Counted from the first letter of the stretch, positions 38,354-49,700 are shown. The stretch: 64,000 nt of DNA from Bacteroidota bacterium (GCA_036787895.1 DAIQOK010000018.1:2071-66070), one strand, 5' to 3'. Translations and numbers: made by a program. Notes: generated by a model from the sequence alone, not told the origin.

Positions 38354-38447
38354 AGTCGGTGCCTGAGCGAAGCCGAAGGCAACGGCTCCGATAAATAGGA
38401 GCCCAGGAAATCATCTTGCACGCGAACCAGCGCCTTCGGCTTCGCTC
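38354..38447. repeat. 17-bp perfect inverted repeat enclosing a second small hairpin
   Basis: tgagcgaagccgaaggc (38354-38370) pairs with gccttcggcttcgctca (38431-38447). The inner hairpin is ggctcc-gataaata-ggagcc. Confidence 0.75.
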
Positions 38448-38536
38448 ATGCACCGTTTCTGCTTAAAATTGTTTTTTAAAAACCTCTCCGCGAAACTCAA
38501 AAAACTCCGTGTTATCTGCGTTAAAAACCGAAGAGG

Positions 38537-40129
38537 CTACTCCTCCGTAACAATCAACTCCGAAGAAAAATCAAATTTGAGTTTCGGATTATCTTCAATC
38601 GCTCTTTCCAGCATCCAGATACTATCGGCGAAGTAAACCGGGCGGTTGTCTTTATCGTAAGCGAGGTGGTCGCCGCGGTAACGGAAGAATTTTTCGAGGG
38701 CGATTTCATCTTCTGAGCTTACCCAACAGGCTTTTACGTAGGACAAACCCTGATAACTCACCTGGGCGCCATATTCGTGCAACAAACGGTGCTGGATTAC
38801 ATCGAACTGCAGTTCTCCAACAGTGCCTATAATTTTCCGGTTGCCGGGTTGTTGTACGAACAATTGGGCTACACCCTCGTCGGTGAGCTGTTTAAGACCT
38901 TTTTCGAACTGTTTGGTTTTGAAGGGGTCTTTGTTCTCCACCATACGGAACAATTCAGGCGAAAAGGCGGGTATACCTTTAAAAAACACATTTTCCCCTT
39001 CGGTAAGTGAGTCGCCGATTTTGAAGTTGCCGGTATCGTACAAACCCACCACATCGCCGGGATAGGCAAAATCCACATTACTTCTTTCGTTGGCCTGGAA
39101 CATAATAGGCGTGGAGAAACGAAATTTTTTCTTCAGTCGGGGGTGGTGATAAAAGGTATTTCGCTCAAATACACCCGAACAAACGCGCATAAACGCAATA
39201 CGGTCGCGGTGGTTGGGGTCGAGATTGGCGTGGATTTTAAAGACAAAACCGCTCAATTTGGTGTCTTCAGGCTTAATGGTGCCTTTGTTGGTTTCGCGGG
39301 CACGGGGTGCCGGGGCAATTTCAACAAAGGTATCGAGCAGTTCCTGTACCCCAAAATTGTTGAGGGCTGAGCCAAAAAATACGGGTGCAATATCGCCGGC
39401 CTGGTAAGCGGCTATGGTGAATTCAGGGTGGAGTTGGGCCAATTCGGCTTCTTCGCGCAACTGATTGGCGTAACGTTCGCCTAATAGGCCATCCAAAGCC
39501 TTGTCGTTGAGGTCTTCGTAGGCTTTTACATCGTCGGCTATACCGGTTTTGTTGGGCGAGAAGAGGTTGAGTTTTTTGCGGTAGAGGTTATATACCCCCT
39601 TAAAAGTGGCGCCTTTGCTGATTGGCCAGGTGAGGGGGGTGGTGTGGATGTTGAGTTTGGTGTCGAGTTCGTCGAGCAAATCGAAGGGGTCCTGACCTTC
39701 CCGGTCCATTTTATTGATGAACACGATCACCGGCGTATTCCGCATCCGGCAAACCGACATCAGCTTCTCCGTCTGTTCCTCTACACCCTTGGCGGCATCT
39801 ACCACCAGAATCACAGAGTCGACGGCTGTAAGCGTACGATAAGTATCTTCCGCGAAGTCTTTGTGACCCGGTGTATCGAGTATATTCACCCGGCAACCAC
39901 CATATTCGAACCCCATAACTGAAGTCGACACCGAGATACCCCGTTGTTTTTCGATTTCCATGAAGTCGGAAGTCGCCGATTTTTTGATCTTATTGCTTTT
40001 CACTGCCCCGGCAGTCTGTATGGCCCCGCCAAATAGCAGGAATTTTTCGGTCAGTGTGGTTTTTCCGGCGTCGGGGTGGGAGATGATGGCAAAAGTGCGG
40101 CGGCGTTGGATCTCTTCGAGACGATTCAT
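38537..40129 (-). CDS. prfC: Peptide chain release factor 3
   Basis: GTPase motifs are AHPDAGKTT (as SHPDAGKTT), DTPGH and NKMD. Length is 530 aa. Confidence 0.95.
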   Translation of the reverse strand: MNRLEEIQRRRTFAIISHPDAGKTTLTEKFLLFGGAIQTAGAVKSNKIKKSATSDFMEIEKQRGISVSTSVMGFEYGGCRVNILDTPGHKDFAEDTYRTLTAVDSVILVVDAAKGVEEQTEKLMSVCRMRNTPVIVFINKMDREGQDPFDLLDELDTKLNIHTTPLTWPISKGATFKGVYNLYRKKLNLFSPNKTGIADDVKAYEDLNDKALDGLLGERYANQLREEAELAQLHPEFTIAAYQAGDIAPVFFGSALNNFGVQELLDTFVEIAPAPRARETNKGTIKPEDTKLSGFVFKIHANLDPNHRDRIAFMRVCSGVFERNTFYHHPRLKKKFRFSTPIMFQANERSNVDFAYPGDVVGLYDTGNFKIGDSLTEGENVFFKGIPAFSPELFRMVENKDPFKTKQFEKGLKQLTDEGVAQLFVQQPGNRKIIGTVGELQFDVIQHRLLHEYGAQVSYQGLSYVKACWVSSEDEIALEKFFRYRGDHLAYDKDNRPVYFADSIWMLERAIEDNPKLKFDFSSELIVTEE

Positions 40130-40219
40130 GCAAATGAAGGGCTAAACAAAGGGGCAAAGGTAGGGTTTTTTTAGGCAGCAGAAATGTGCTGATGTGACGG
40201 GTCGCATGGCTCCCCTTTA

Positions 40220-40359
40220 ATGTGCTGATGTGCTAATTGGAGGTTGCACAATGGCAGTGTTTCTGTCTTTAGAAATGCCAGGTAACTAAGTATCGCTTCG
40301 CTCTCCTTAGCACATGTCATCTATCGCCAGGGCGAAATTCTATTAGCACATCAGCACAT
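40220..40359. repeat. 18-bp perfect inverted repeat pair (atgtgctgatgtgctaat / attagcacatcagcacat) flanking 104 nt
   Basis: The arms are at 40220-40237 and 40342-40359. Related words occur at 40183-40196, 40307-40316, 40387-40396, and at 10119 (gtgctaattgg). Confidence 0.75.
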
Positions 40360-40466
40360 CCCCAAGCAAGCGAAGCGCCGCGCCACATTAGCACATTTAT
40401 TATCTTGATAACTTCACACAATCTTAAAGCAATCATATTTTTGCTTTTGGCTTCCATAGCTTACTT

Positions 40467-43328
40467 TTGACGGTCTTAAAGTCCCCCTGTTTGAAGCAGT
40501 TTTTACTGTCCTTAATTTTTGTTCTGTCCGGTCTTGGCGCGTTCGCACAAAAAGCATCCATCAGTGGTGTAGTAACCGATGCCGGCGATAAAATGCCGCT
40601 GATTGGCGTTAACGTGGTCATCAAGGGTACTTCGCTCGGGGCATCAACCGATTTCGACGGTAAGTACAAAATCGATAACATCAATCCCGGCGTTTATAAC
40701 ATCGAGGTAAGTTATCTCGGTTATGAGAAAAAGGTATTCACTGGTATCAAGCTGGAGAAGGGTGAAAACCGCAAACTGAATATTCCTTTAGGGCGTTCTT
40801 CCCTCACTTTCGACCAGGAAGTGGTCATTGTGGGCGACAAACCGCTCGTTGATATAGAACAAACCAAAACAGAGCAGCGTGTGTCTCAGGATGCCATCGA
40901 AGCTGCTCCTGTGCGACAGTTGCAGGGTGTTTTGAATACCCAGGCAGGTGTGGTGCTGAATCCTGAAGGTATCTCTATCCGCGGTGGCCGGACGTATGAA
41001 ACCTCCTTCATCATCGACGGTGTTTCGGCAAGCGACCCCTTAGCCGGTACCGGATTTGGTATCGACCTCGGCACCAATTCTATCGAAAGTATAGATATCA
41101 CCACCGGTGGAGGCGATGTGGCATTTGGTGATGGTACTTCGGGTATCGTAAAAACCAAAACCCGCTCCGGTGGCGATAAATGGGAGTTTTCATTGGGTCA
41201 TCGTCGCGATAATGTGGGATTTAATCGCGACTGGAATAGCGTTTGGAACAACAGTGTATACGAGGCTACTGCAGGAGGTTCGATAAAAGGGGTGCTTCCA
41301 AAACCATTACGGATTTTCTCCTCTTTCAAAGGCAGTTTCGACGACCAGTATTTCCGTAATCCAGCCGATCAGGTGGTGTCGTCCCTCTATCCGAATACCA
41401 GCTGGAGCCCTTTTCAGGATAACCGCTGGGCGGGCATGTTGAAACTCGATTATGAGTTTAATCCGGCCATGCGTTTGTCGTTTACCTATTTGCGCTCCAT
41501 CACCATCAACCAGGACGTTAACATGCTCCGCATAATTGGAAATGATGCACCATTTCTGCCGGGTTTCCAGTATAATTTCTCGCTCCAACCCGACAACGCC
41601 AATACTTATACCCACGACACCAATCTCGAAACGTTGAATTGGTCGCATACGCCAAGCAATAAGTTTTCTTATACGGTAACTGGCTCGCGCATGTTCGTGC
41701 GCCTACGTGCCGATGCAAATGGTCGCGATTGGCGTCCGGAGAATGTTGACTCAGAGTTTGATCCGGATATTATTATTAGTTATCCGGCTACCTATTTTAA
41801 TCCGGGTGACTCGGCCGTTTTTGTGAGTCCGGGACCGGGTTTGTTTAACAACGGCGGTATAGGAACCCTTTGGCACGATCACTATGTGGTAGAATATAGC
41901 TTACGTTATACCGGTAACTATTATTACAATTCCCGTGGCGACCGATTGAGTTTTGGCACTGAGCTGAAAACCCAGGAAATGCAGTGGATTGATATCATAC
42001 GTCCCTGGATTGGTGCACCCATACCTTTGCCGAATGGGGAATACAGTCAAAGTTTCCGCCTGGGCGATTATTCCGATGTTTGGAAGGTGAATCCTACTCG
42101 TGGCGCATTTTATGCATCTAACAAAATCAAATACCGTGGTTTGATTGCGGAAATTGGGGGTCGTTTGGAATATTGGTTTCCCGGTGCTTTTGTAGATAAT
42201 GCCGTGCAGGATGCCCGTTCGCCCATACGCGATGAAATTCGGGAGAATTATATGCAAAATACCATTGGCGTATTTGGCAACAGGATGAAAATGCGGCTGT
42301 TGCCGAAAATTTCAGCCTCGTTCCCGATTAAAGACAACCAGGTGATGTTTTTCAACTACAACCATTCCATGATTTTACCGCATCCATCGTGGGTGTATCA
42401 AGGTTTAAATCCCTTGTATCAGGATAGGTCGACTTTAGCACGTGTGGGTAACCCGGATTTGAACCCTGAAGTGGATATTTCCTATGAATTGGGTGTACGT
42501 TCACAGATAACTTCTAATGACGCCCTGACTGTTTCGGCTTATTGGAAAGATAAATACGACTTCATCACCTCGGCTTCCGTGCAGGTGCGCGATTTGACCG
42601 GTCGTGAAAATACACGTACCATCCGAATTAATTCCGATTATGCCCGGGTAAGGGGAGTGGAGGTGACTTACCTCAAACGTATTGGCAAATGGTTTAGCGG
42701 TCAGACTTCCGCCAGTTATATGGTGGCTACCGGTCAAAGTTCTTCGGCCAATGAAGCCTTGAATCAGATTCTGAATACCGGTAACCGCGAAGACACCAAA
42801 GAAACTTATCTCGCTTGGGATTCGCCTTTCGATATCAAGGCCAACATCACACTAACCCAGAACAACAAAAAGGGACTGTTTAACATCAAGTCGCTCGACC
42901 GCATCTCTTTTTACGCAGAAGCTATTTATCGCTCCGGAAGAAGATATACGCCTTTCATTTATCAGGGTGTAGAACCCATTACCGGTCGCCCGATTTATGA
43001 GCAAGACCCTAACCCGACCGCTTTGTGGTCGAAATTAGGTGAATCCATGTTCTGGATTGATATCAACATCCGTAAATGGTGGCAGGTGAAAGGTCTGCGT
43101 ATCGAAGGTTCGATGCAAATCACCAATTTGCTGAATACGCTGAATACGACTATCCCTAATCCGGTCACCGGTCGTGCCTGGGAGCCCGGCGATCCGGTAC
43201 CTTCTAATCAGCGTGACCCCGCTTTCCTTGATCCCCGAGACTTCCGTTCACGTGGTACCCCGCCCGATAACCCGGCCCGTTACATGGCACCAAGGCATGT
43301 GATGTTTGGTGTGACGGTGAAGTTTTGA
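40467..43328 (+). CDS. TonB-dependent receptor with carboxypeptidase-regulatory-like domain
   Basis: Signal peptide ...GLGAFAQ. CarboxypepD_reg motif (GVVTDAGDKMPLIGVNVVIKGT) is followed by a plug and a barrel with a C-terminal F. The TTG start is uncertain. Confidence 0.85.
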   Translation: MTVLKSPCLKQFLLSLIFVLSGLGAFAQKASISGVVTDAGDKMPLIGVNVVIKGTSLGASTDFDGKYKIDNINPGVYNIEVSYLGYEKKVFTGIKLEKGENRKLNIPLGRSSLTFDQEVVIVGDKPLVDIEQTKTEQRVSQDAIEAAPVRQLQGVLNTQAGVVLNPEGISIRGGRTYETSFIIDGVSASDPLAGTGFGIDLGTNSIESIDITTGGGDVAFGDGTSGIVKTKTRSGGDKWEFSLGHRRDNVGFNRDWNSVWNNSVYEATAGGSIKGVLPKPLRIFSSFKGSFDDQYFRNPADQVVSSLYPNTSWSPFQDNRWAGMLKLDYEFNPAMRLSFTYLRSITINQDVNMLRIIGNDAPFLPGFQYNFSLQPDNANTYTHDTNLETLNWSHTPSNKFSYTVTGSRMFVRLRADANGRDWRPENVDSEFDPDIIISYPATYFNPGDSAVFVSPGPGLFNNGGIGTLWHDHYVVEYSLRYTGNYYYNSRGDRLSFGTELKTQEMQWIDIIRPWIGAPIPLPNGEYSQSFRLGDYSDVWKVNPTRGAFYASNKIKYRGLIAEIGGRLEYWFPGAFVDNAVQDARSPIRDEIRENYMQNTIGVFGNRMKMRLLPKISASFPIKDNQVMFFNYNHSMILPHPSWVYQGLNPLYQDRSTLARVGNPDLNPEVDISYELGVRSQITSNDALTVSAYWKDKYDFITSASVQVRDLTGRENTRTIRINSDYARVRGVEVTYLKRIGKWFSGQTSASYMVATGQSSSANEALNQILNTGNREDTKETYLAWDSPFDIKANITLTQNNKKGLFNIKSLDRISFYAEAIYRSGRRYTPFIYQGVEPITGRPIYEQDPNPTALWSKLGESMFWIDINIRKWWQVKGLRIEGSMQITNLLNTLNTTIPNPVTGRAWEPGDPVPSNQRDPAFLDPRDFRSRGTPPDNPARYMAPRHVMFGVTVKF

Positions 43329-43422
43329 TTGGAACAAGTCTTTCCAGGGATCACATCTTGTGATACCAAAAGAAATCCGCGCTTATCCTAAAAATCATAA
43401 TAATCCGCAGCCTATCCGGATG

Positions 43423-43950
43423 TTATTTTAAAGCCCGGAATGCCTCCCAAAACACCACCCCCGCACACACACTCACATTGAGCGAATGTTTGCTCCCAGC
43501 TTGTGGCACTTCCAAAGCGCCATCGCATAAATCAAGCACCGCATCATCCACGCCCATCACCTCGTTGCCGAGTATAAGTGCGTATTTTTTGTCCTTTTGA
43601 AAGCTAAAATCGGAAAGCAGTACACTTTCGTCGGTTTGTTCGATGGCCAGAAGCGTATAACCTGACTTTTTTAGTTCCTTAAGGCAGTCGGTTGTAGAAG
43701 CAAATTGACGCCATGCCACACTTTCTTCGGCTCCTAAAGCGGCTTTGTGGATGTCGCGATTGGGCGGTGTTCCGGTAAAACCGCAGAGGTACAGGGCCTT
43801 AATCGCAAAAGCATCGGCAGAGCGGAAAATGGCCCCCACATTGGCCAGCGAACGGATGTTGTCGAGCACTGCCACGACGGGTAATTTTTCGCTATTTTTG
43901 AACGCCTCAGCCGTTGGGCGGTTGAGCGCTTCCATTGATAATTTACGCAT
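43423..43950 (-). CDS. TrmH/SpoU family RNA 2'-O-methyltransferase
   Basis: SpoU motifs are present (NVGAIFRSA, LILGNEVMGV, IPQAGSKHSLNVSV). The start is ATG 43950 or 43935. The longer ORF would overlap the mutS start. Confidence 0.8.
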   Translation of the reverse strand: MRKLSMEALNRPTAEAFKNSEKLPVVAVLDNIRSLANVGAIFRSADAFAIKALYLCGFTGTPPNRDIHKAALGAEESVAWRQFASTTDCLKELKKSGYTLLAIEQTDESVLLSDFSFQKDKKYALILGNEVMGVDDAVLDLCDGALEVPQAGSKHSLNVSVCAGVVFWEAFRALK

Positions 43951-43999
43951 AAATACGAACGTTTTGGCCAAATCGACCGACGCAAAGGAAACGCCTTTG

Positions 44000-46573
44000 A
44001 TGAAACAATACAAGCAGATCAAGGCAAAACATCCAGGTGCCTTGTTGTTGTTTCGTGTAGGTGATTTTTACGAGACCTTCGGCGAGGATGCGATCAAAAC
44101 GGCAGGGATACTTGGCATCGTCCTTACCAAAAGAGGCAATGGCACGGCCTCTGAAACAGCTTTGGCCGGTTTTCCTTATCATTCGCTCGATAATTATTTG
44201 CCCAAACTCGTACGCGCCGGTCAGCGGGTGGCCATTTGCGAACAAACCGAAGACCCGGCCCAAGCTAAAGGCATAGTACAACGTGATGTGACCGAATTGG
44301 TAACACCGGGGGTTGCCTTCAGTGACAAAATACTCGATCACCGCTCGAACAATTACCTCGCTGCGATTCAGCTGGAAGGAGAACAGGCGGGTGTAGCATT
44401 TTTAGACGTTTCCACCGGTGAATTTCTGGTGTCGCAAGGACCGTTAGTGCAAATGGAAAAGCTACTGCAAAGTCTTCAACCTGCCGAAATTCTCTATGCC
44501 AAGGGCAAAAACAAAGCGTTTCTGGATGCTTTTGGTGAAAAATGGTATGCCCACACCCAGGAGGAATGGGTATTTCATCTTGATTATGCCGAAGACCTGC
44601 TGAAACGCCAGTTTGAAACACGTTCGGTAAAGGGTTTTGGCATAGATAATTGGCCACTGGCTGTGATTGCAGCAGGTGCAGTGCTTCACTATATCAACGA
44701 AACCCAACAACGCGAAGTAGGCCACATACAGGGCATCGCCCGGCTCGATGAAAGTCAGTTTGTATGGATGGATAGATTCACCATTCGGAATCTTGAGCTA
44801 TTGGAGGCTTCAACCGAAGGTGGGTTAGGTCTTTTTCAAATCATCGACCACACCGTAACGCCCATGGGTGCTCGCTTGCTCAAACGTTGGCTGGTATTTC
44901 CGCTTAAGGAGTTGGCGCCCATACGCGACAGGCTCGAAGTTGTGGCCTGGTTTCATGCCGAAGAACAAACTGCGCATAATTTACGCGCCAGCCTGAAACA
45001 AATAGGTGACCTCGAGCGCCTCGTGTCCAAAGTAGCTGTCGGTCGTATCTCGCCGCGCGAATTGGTGCAATTACGGCGGTCACTTGCTTTAATCGGGCCA
45101 ATTCGAGACGATTTATTGCAAACTGACAATGCACCCTTGCGTCGTCTGGCTGACCAATTAAATCCCTGTCAAACCCTGGTTGAACGACTCGAAAAAGAAT
45201 TACAGGAAGAAGCTCCTGCCTTACTCAGCAAAGGCAATGTGATTGCTAATGGGGTAGATGCAGAGTTGGACCGTTTGCGTCAGATAGCTTATTCAGGCAA
45301 AGATTTTTTGCAGCAAATTCAGCAAAGAGAAGCAGAGCGCACCGGGATAAGTTCACTAAAAGTGAGCTACAATAATGTTTTTGGTTATTATCTCGAGGTG
45401 ACCAATACCCACAAGGACAAGGTACCGGCCGACTGGATACGCAAACAAACCCTGGTCAATGCCGAACGATATATCACCGAAGAACTCAAAACCTTCGAAG
45501 AACAGATATTAGGGGCCGAAGGCAAAATCCACGGTATAGAAGAACGTTTGTTTCAGGAATTGTTGCTTGCTGTGAACGATTATCTGCAGCCAATACAACT
45601 CAATGCCCAGTTGTTAGCCCGGCTCGATTGTCTGCTCGGTTTTTATCAGTTGGCTATCGAAAATCACTACAACAAACCCGATGTCGATGAGTCGTTTGTA
45701 TTGCACCTGGAAGGTGCCCGGCACCCGGTGATTGAAAAACGTTTGCCGGCAGGTGAAAGTTATGTACCCAACGATTTGCTGCTGGACGTAGATACCCAGC
45801 AGATTTTGATGATTACCGGTCCGAATATGGCGGGTAAATCGGCTTTGCTGCGGCAAACTGCGCTCATTACCCTCTTGGCACAAATTGGCTCCTATGTACC
45901 CGCGAAAAGTGCGCGTATCGGTCTGGTTGATAAAATATTTACCAGGGTAGGAGCTACCGATAACATCAGTTCCGGCGAATCGACTTTCATGGTGGAAATG
46001 AACGAAACCGCAAGCATATTGAACAATATTTCGGCGCGTAGCCTGATTTTACTTGATGAAATTGGTCGGGGAACAAGTACTTATGATGGTATATCCTTAG
46101 CCTGGGCCATTGCAGAATATCTGCACCAGCATCCGGTATACCATCCGCGAACTTTGTTTGCTACTCATTATCATGAGCTGAATGAAATGGAGAAGGCCTT
46201 TCCGCGTATTCGGAACTTTAATGTGAGTATCAAGGAAATCGGTAATAAAATCATTTTTCTGCGCAAATTGGTGCAGGGTGGCAGCGAACACAGTTTTGGA
46301 ATCCATGTCGCCCGTATGGCTGGGGTGCCGCAGTCGGTTTTGAGCCAGGCCAACAAAATGTTGCAGGAGTTAGAAGCACAACGCGAAGCTGGTGGAGCAA
46401 AAAAACTACGTAAAACGCGACAGGCTGAGTTTCAGCTCAATCTTTTCGAAGTCAAAGACCCGCAATTGGCGCAAATCCGTCAGATGCTTGACGCAACTGA
46501 TATTAATCGTGTAACGCCGGTGGAAGCCTTGTTCCTACTGAACGAGCTCAAAAAGGTGCTTACTCAGGCTTAA
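44000..46573 (+). CDS. mutS: DNA mismatch repair protein MutS
   Basis: MKQYKQIKAKHPGALLLFRVGDFYETF N-terminus, Walker A GPNMAGKS, and DEIGRGTSTYDG. The start is at ATG 44000. Confidence 0.95.
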   Translation: MKQYKQIKAKHPGALLLFRVGDFYETFGEDAIKTAGILGIVLTKRGNGTASETALAGFPYHSLDNYLPKLVRAGQRVAICEQTEDPAQAKGIVQRDVTELVTPGVAFSDKILDHRSNNYLAAIQLEGEQAGVAFLDVSTGEFLVSQGPLVQMEKLLQSLQPAEILYAKGKNKAFLDAFGEKWYAHTQEEWVFHLDYAEDLLKRQFETRSVKGFGIDNWPLAVIAAGAVLHYINETQQREVGHIQGIARLDESQFVWMDRFTIRNLELLEASTEGGLGLFQIIDHTVTPMGARLLKRWLVFPLKELAPIRDRLEVVAWFHAEEQTAHNLRASLKQIGDLERLVSKVAVGRISPRELVQLRRSLALIGPIRDDLLQTDNAPLRRLADQLNPCQTLVERLEKELQEEAPALLSKGNVIANGVDAELDRLRQIAYSGKDFLQQIQQREAERTGISSLKVSYNNVFGYYLEVTNTHKDKVPADWIRKQTLVNAERYITEELKTFEEQILGAEGKIHGIEERLFQELLLAVNDYLQPIQLNAQLLARLDCLLGFYQLAIENHYNKPDVDESFVLHLEGARHPVIEKRLPAGESYVPNDLLLDVDTQQILMITGPNMAGKSALLRQTALITLLAQIGSYVPAKSARIGLVDKIFTRVGATDNISSGESTFMVEMNETASILNNISARSLILLDEIGRGTSTYDGISLAWAIAEYLHQHPVYHPRTLFATHYHELNEMEKAFPRIRNFNVSIKEIGNKIIFLRKLVQGGSEHSFGIHVARMAGVPQSVLSQANKMLQELEAQREAGGAKKLRKTRQAEFQLNLFEVKDPQLAQIRQMLDATDINRVTPVEALFLLNELKKVLTQA

Positions 46574-46733
46574 AGTTAAAATGACTTTTCCTATCCCATA
46601 ATGAGGGGTAATTGTCATTTTTGGAAAATATTCTCAATCTAATTAATTATAATACATTGAATTACAGACTTTTACCTCATTTTTTAGCCTTGGAATTATT
46701 GTTGTTAATCTACTTGTTATAAAAAGAAGATAC

Positions 46734-49700
46734 TTGGTCAAGCGGCTTTTTTTTGCTTTGATTTTTGGTCTGTTTGTATTTCTTCAAACACAGGCGCAGG
46801 GTGTCATTAGTCTTGTAAATACAACTTCCTATACGTCCGGAGGAAGTAATGTAACATCCTTTAGCCTTGATATTCCTGCAGCTGTTAGCCAAGGAGATGT
46901 TCTTATTGCCCAGATAGCCTTACGCTCAACAGGAACGGTTAATACGCCAACTGGTTGGACACAGATTTCGAGTGTTAGTGCTACTATCCGGCAGGCAATT
47001 TTTTATCGGGTGGTTGATGGCACAGAAGGTGCATCTCAACTTTTTGATGGCTGGGCTTCGACCCGGGCTGCGGGTATTATGCTAGCTTATCGTAATGTAG
47101 ATATTGGGGATCCGGTTCCCGTATTTTCGACCGCCAACGGTAATTCCGGGACTTTAACAGTAAATGCATTGAGTGCGCCAACCACCAATATGCGGTTGGT
47201 CGTTTTTTACAGTACCCAAGGTGGTACAATCACACCAAATGCCAGTCTTACCTCCAGAAATAGCGCTGCAACCACCGGCAATATTATGAATATTAATGCA
47301 AGTGACGAGGAAATAACGGCTACCGGAAGTACAGGGACTAAGAATGGTACAGCTTCAAGTGCTCGTTTTATTACCCATATGATTGCCCTGCGGCCTATTC
47401 CTACCCAAGGCATCATTGAATATATTGGGAGTACAAACGCCTCAGCAACCGCATTTACAGTATCTCTATCACCACCATCGGGCACACAGCAGGGAGATTT
47501 GATGGTAGTTGGTGTAAATCGACTGAATACCAATAGTATTTCAAATATCTCCGCCAATGGTTGGACTTTGCTTCGTCAGGAATCCAATACTGATGTTCGG
47601 ACAGCCGTTTTTTGGAAATTTGCAGGAGCCAGTGAGGGTGCCAGCACTTTTGGCAATAACAGCGCCTCAGTACGCATGACAGGGGTAATGCTGGTCTACC
47701 GAAATGTCAATAAAAAATCGCCGATAGTAGTTGATAATGGCACTGCATCGAACAGTGCAACAACCACTGTGGGAAGCATAAGCCCCGATGTTAAAGAAAC
47801 CAGGTTACTGGCTTTTTTTACAGGCCGAAGAGCCGCTGATTTTGACTTTTTAAATTATAATGGCATGACCGTCCGGGACAGTATTAAGTTTACAGGCTCG
47901 GGCAACAGATTGGGGATTTTGGCCTTGGACGAATTTTTATCGCCCTCAGGTGCTACCGGAACGCGAGTGAATACCATCACTTCGGCCTCGACGCCATATA
48001 CTGCCGGTATTACATTAAGTTTACGACCTGAAAAGACCTATTTTAGCTATCAAAACGGACTCTGGTCGAATCCTCTTAGCTGGACCAAAGATCCCTCCGG
48101 AACAACCCTGGTACCACTCATTGGTGAAGTCCCCACTCCATATGATAGTGTGGTGATTCTCAACGGCAAAACCATCTCACTTTCAGCTAATGTCGCCACT
48201 ACCAATATTGGCATACGCATCAACAATGGAGGTGTGCTTGATTTACTCACCCATGAATTGCCGACATTGACTGGTTTAACCGGTGTAGGGCGTTTGCGTT
48301 CCAGCCGGACTACTGGTGGCGTGACCTATATGCCCACCGTACTTTACAGCAATAATACCTTGGCGAGTGCCAGTGGTGGCACGCTCGAATATTATTGTGC
48401 GTCGAATATGACCTTAAATACAGGTGTATCAGCCTATTTTAATCTTATTTTGAGAAGGGAAAGTGCAGGAACAACCGTTTATACGCTCGCTTCGAATGTG
48501 ACAGTAACGAACGACCTGACCATAAACCGGGCTTCCTCTGGTGTGAGTAACCTGACTTTCGGCAATGATGGTAGCGCACGAACACTAACGGTAGGCCGTA
48601 ATTTAGCTGTCGAGGCCGGCTGTCAGATTCGTCCACAGAACACCGCAGGTCTGGTGACGCATAATCTATCCATAGGTGGCGATTTTGTCAATAATGGCAG
48701 TGCCCGATTTACCAATCAAACTGCACGCGATTACGAAGCCGCTGCCAATAATCGGGTGATACAGGTCACTTTTACAGGTTCAACCGACAACAAACTGGAC
48801 TGTTTTGGAGAAACAGACTTTTATCGGCTCATTATCGATAAAGGAATAGATCAGACTTATGTACTTACTGTAAATTCAACGGATACTGCCAACTTTCGAT
48901 TGTTTGCTCCGATAAATCAAGCCAATACCGGTGCAGCTGATGATCCAAATCCGGTTGTGAATAAGTCGCTTTACTTGAAAAACGGCACTTTGCGTCTGAA
49001 GTCTAATATCAATTTGCCGTATCTGACTACCGGAGGAAATGACTTTTTTATACCTCAAAATGCTGGTTTGTGGGTGGATGGTGCGACCGTTTACTCTGCA
49101 TTTTCCGGTACAAGTAACCGGGGTTTCACTGTTATTGGAAAACTCAGATTGAGTGCAGGTGAACTGAATAGCGGCCAAAGCGCGGGTTTCGTTTATCGTA
49201 TTGATGGGGTGATTCAGATAGAAGGCGGCACAGCACGGGTTACACAATTTCGTAGATCTACAGCAGGAACCGGATTCAGAGCAGCTTACATTCAAAGTGG
49301 TGGATTATTGATTGTTAGTGCAGATGAAGAGACTAATACTGGCTTTGCTTCTTTTTCCTTGCCAGATGTAGATTGCTCATTTACTATGTCGGGGGGTGAA
49401 ATTCGTATTGGTCGGGCGGTATCTGCATTGGCCGAACGTGGATTCCATCTGGGTATTTCACCTTTAAATGGTAATGTAACAGGAGGCTTGATTCATATTG
49501 AAACGACCAACGCCACTGAATTTCATATTTCCAGCACAATTCCGCTTTTTAATTTACAAATATCCCGGCAAAGCAGTACAGCCAATGTGGTATTGGACCT
49601 GCCTTTGCAAGTTAAAAATAACCTGACCCTCTCGAGTAGCGGAAATCTAAATGCCAATGGTAATAACCTTACGATTGGTGGCAACCTGACCATAAATACG

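Noticed and set aside
38212-38421. 69-aa minus-strand ORF in the rpoD/prfC gap
   Set aside because: It spans the dispersed repeat copy B and one arm of the 17-bp palindrome. The homologous copy A has no equivalent ORF.
40130-40466. Cobalamin or other riboswitch upstream of the second TonB-dependent receptor
   Set aside because: I could not find a B12-box-like core or any other riboswitch core I know. The region is instead dominated by the ATTAGCAC word repeats.
43745-43999. 85 extra N-terminal codons on the mutS ORF
   Set aside because: That part is antisense to the TrmH-family gene. The canonical MutS N-terminus MKQYKQIK begins at ATG 44000.
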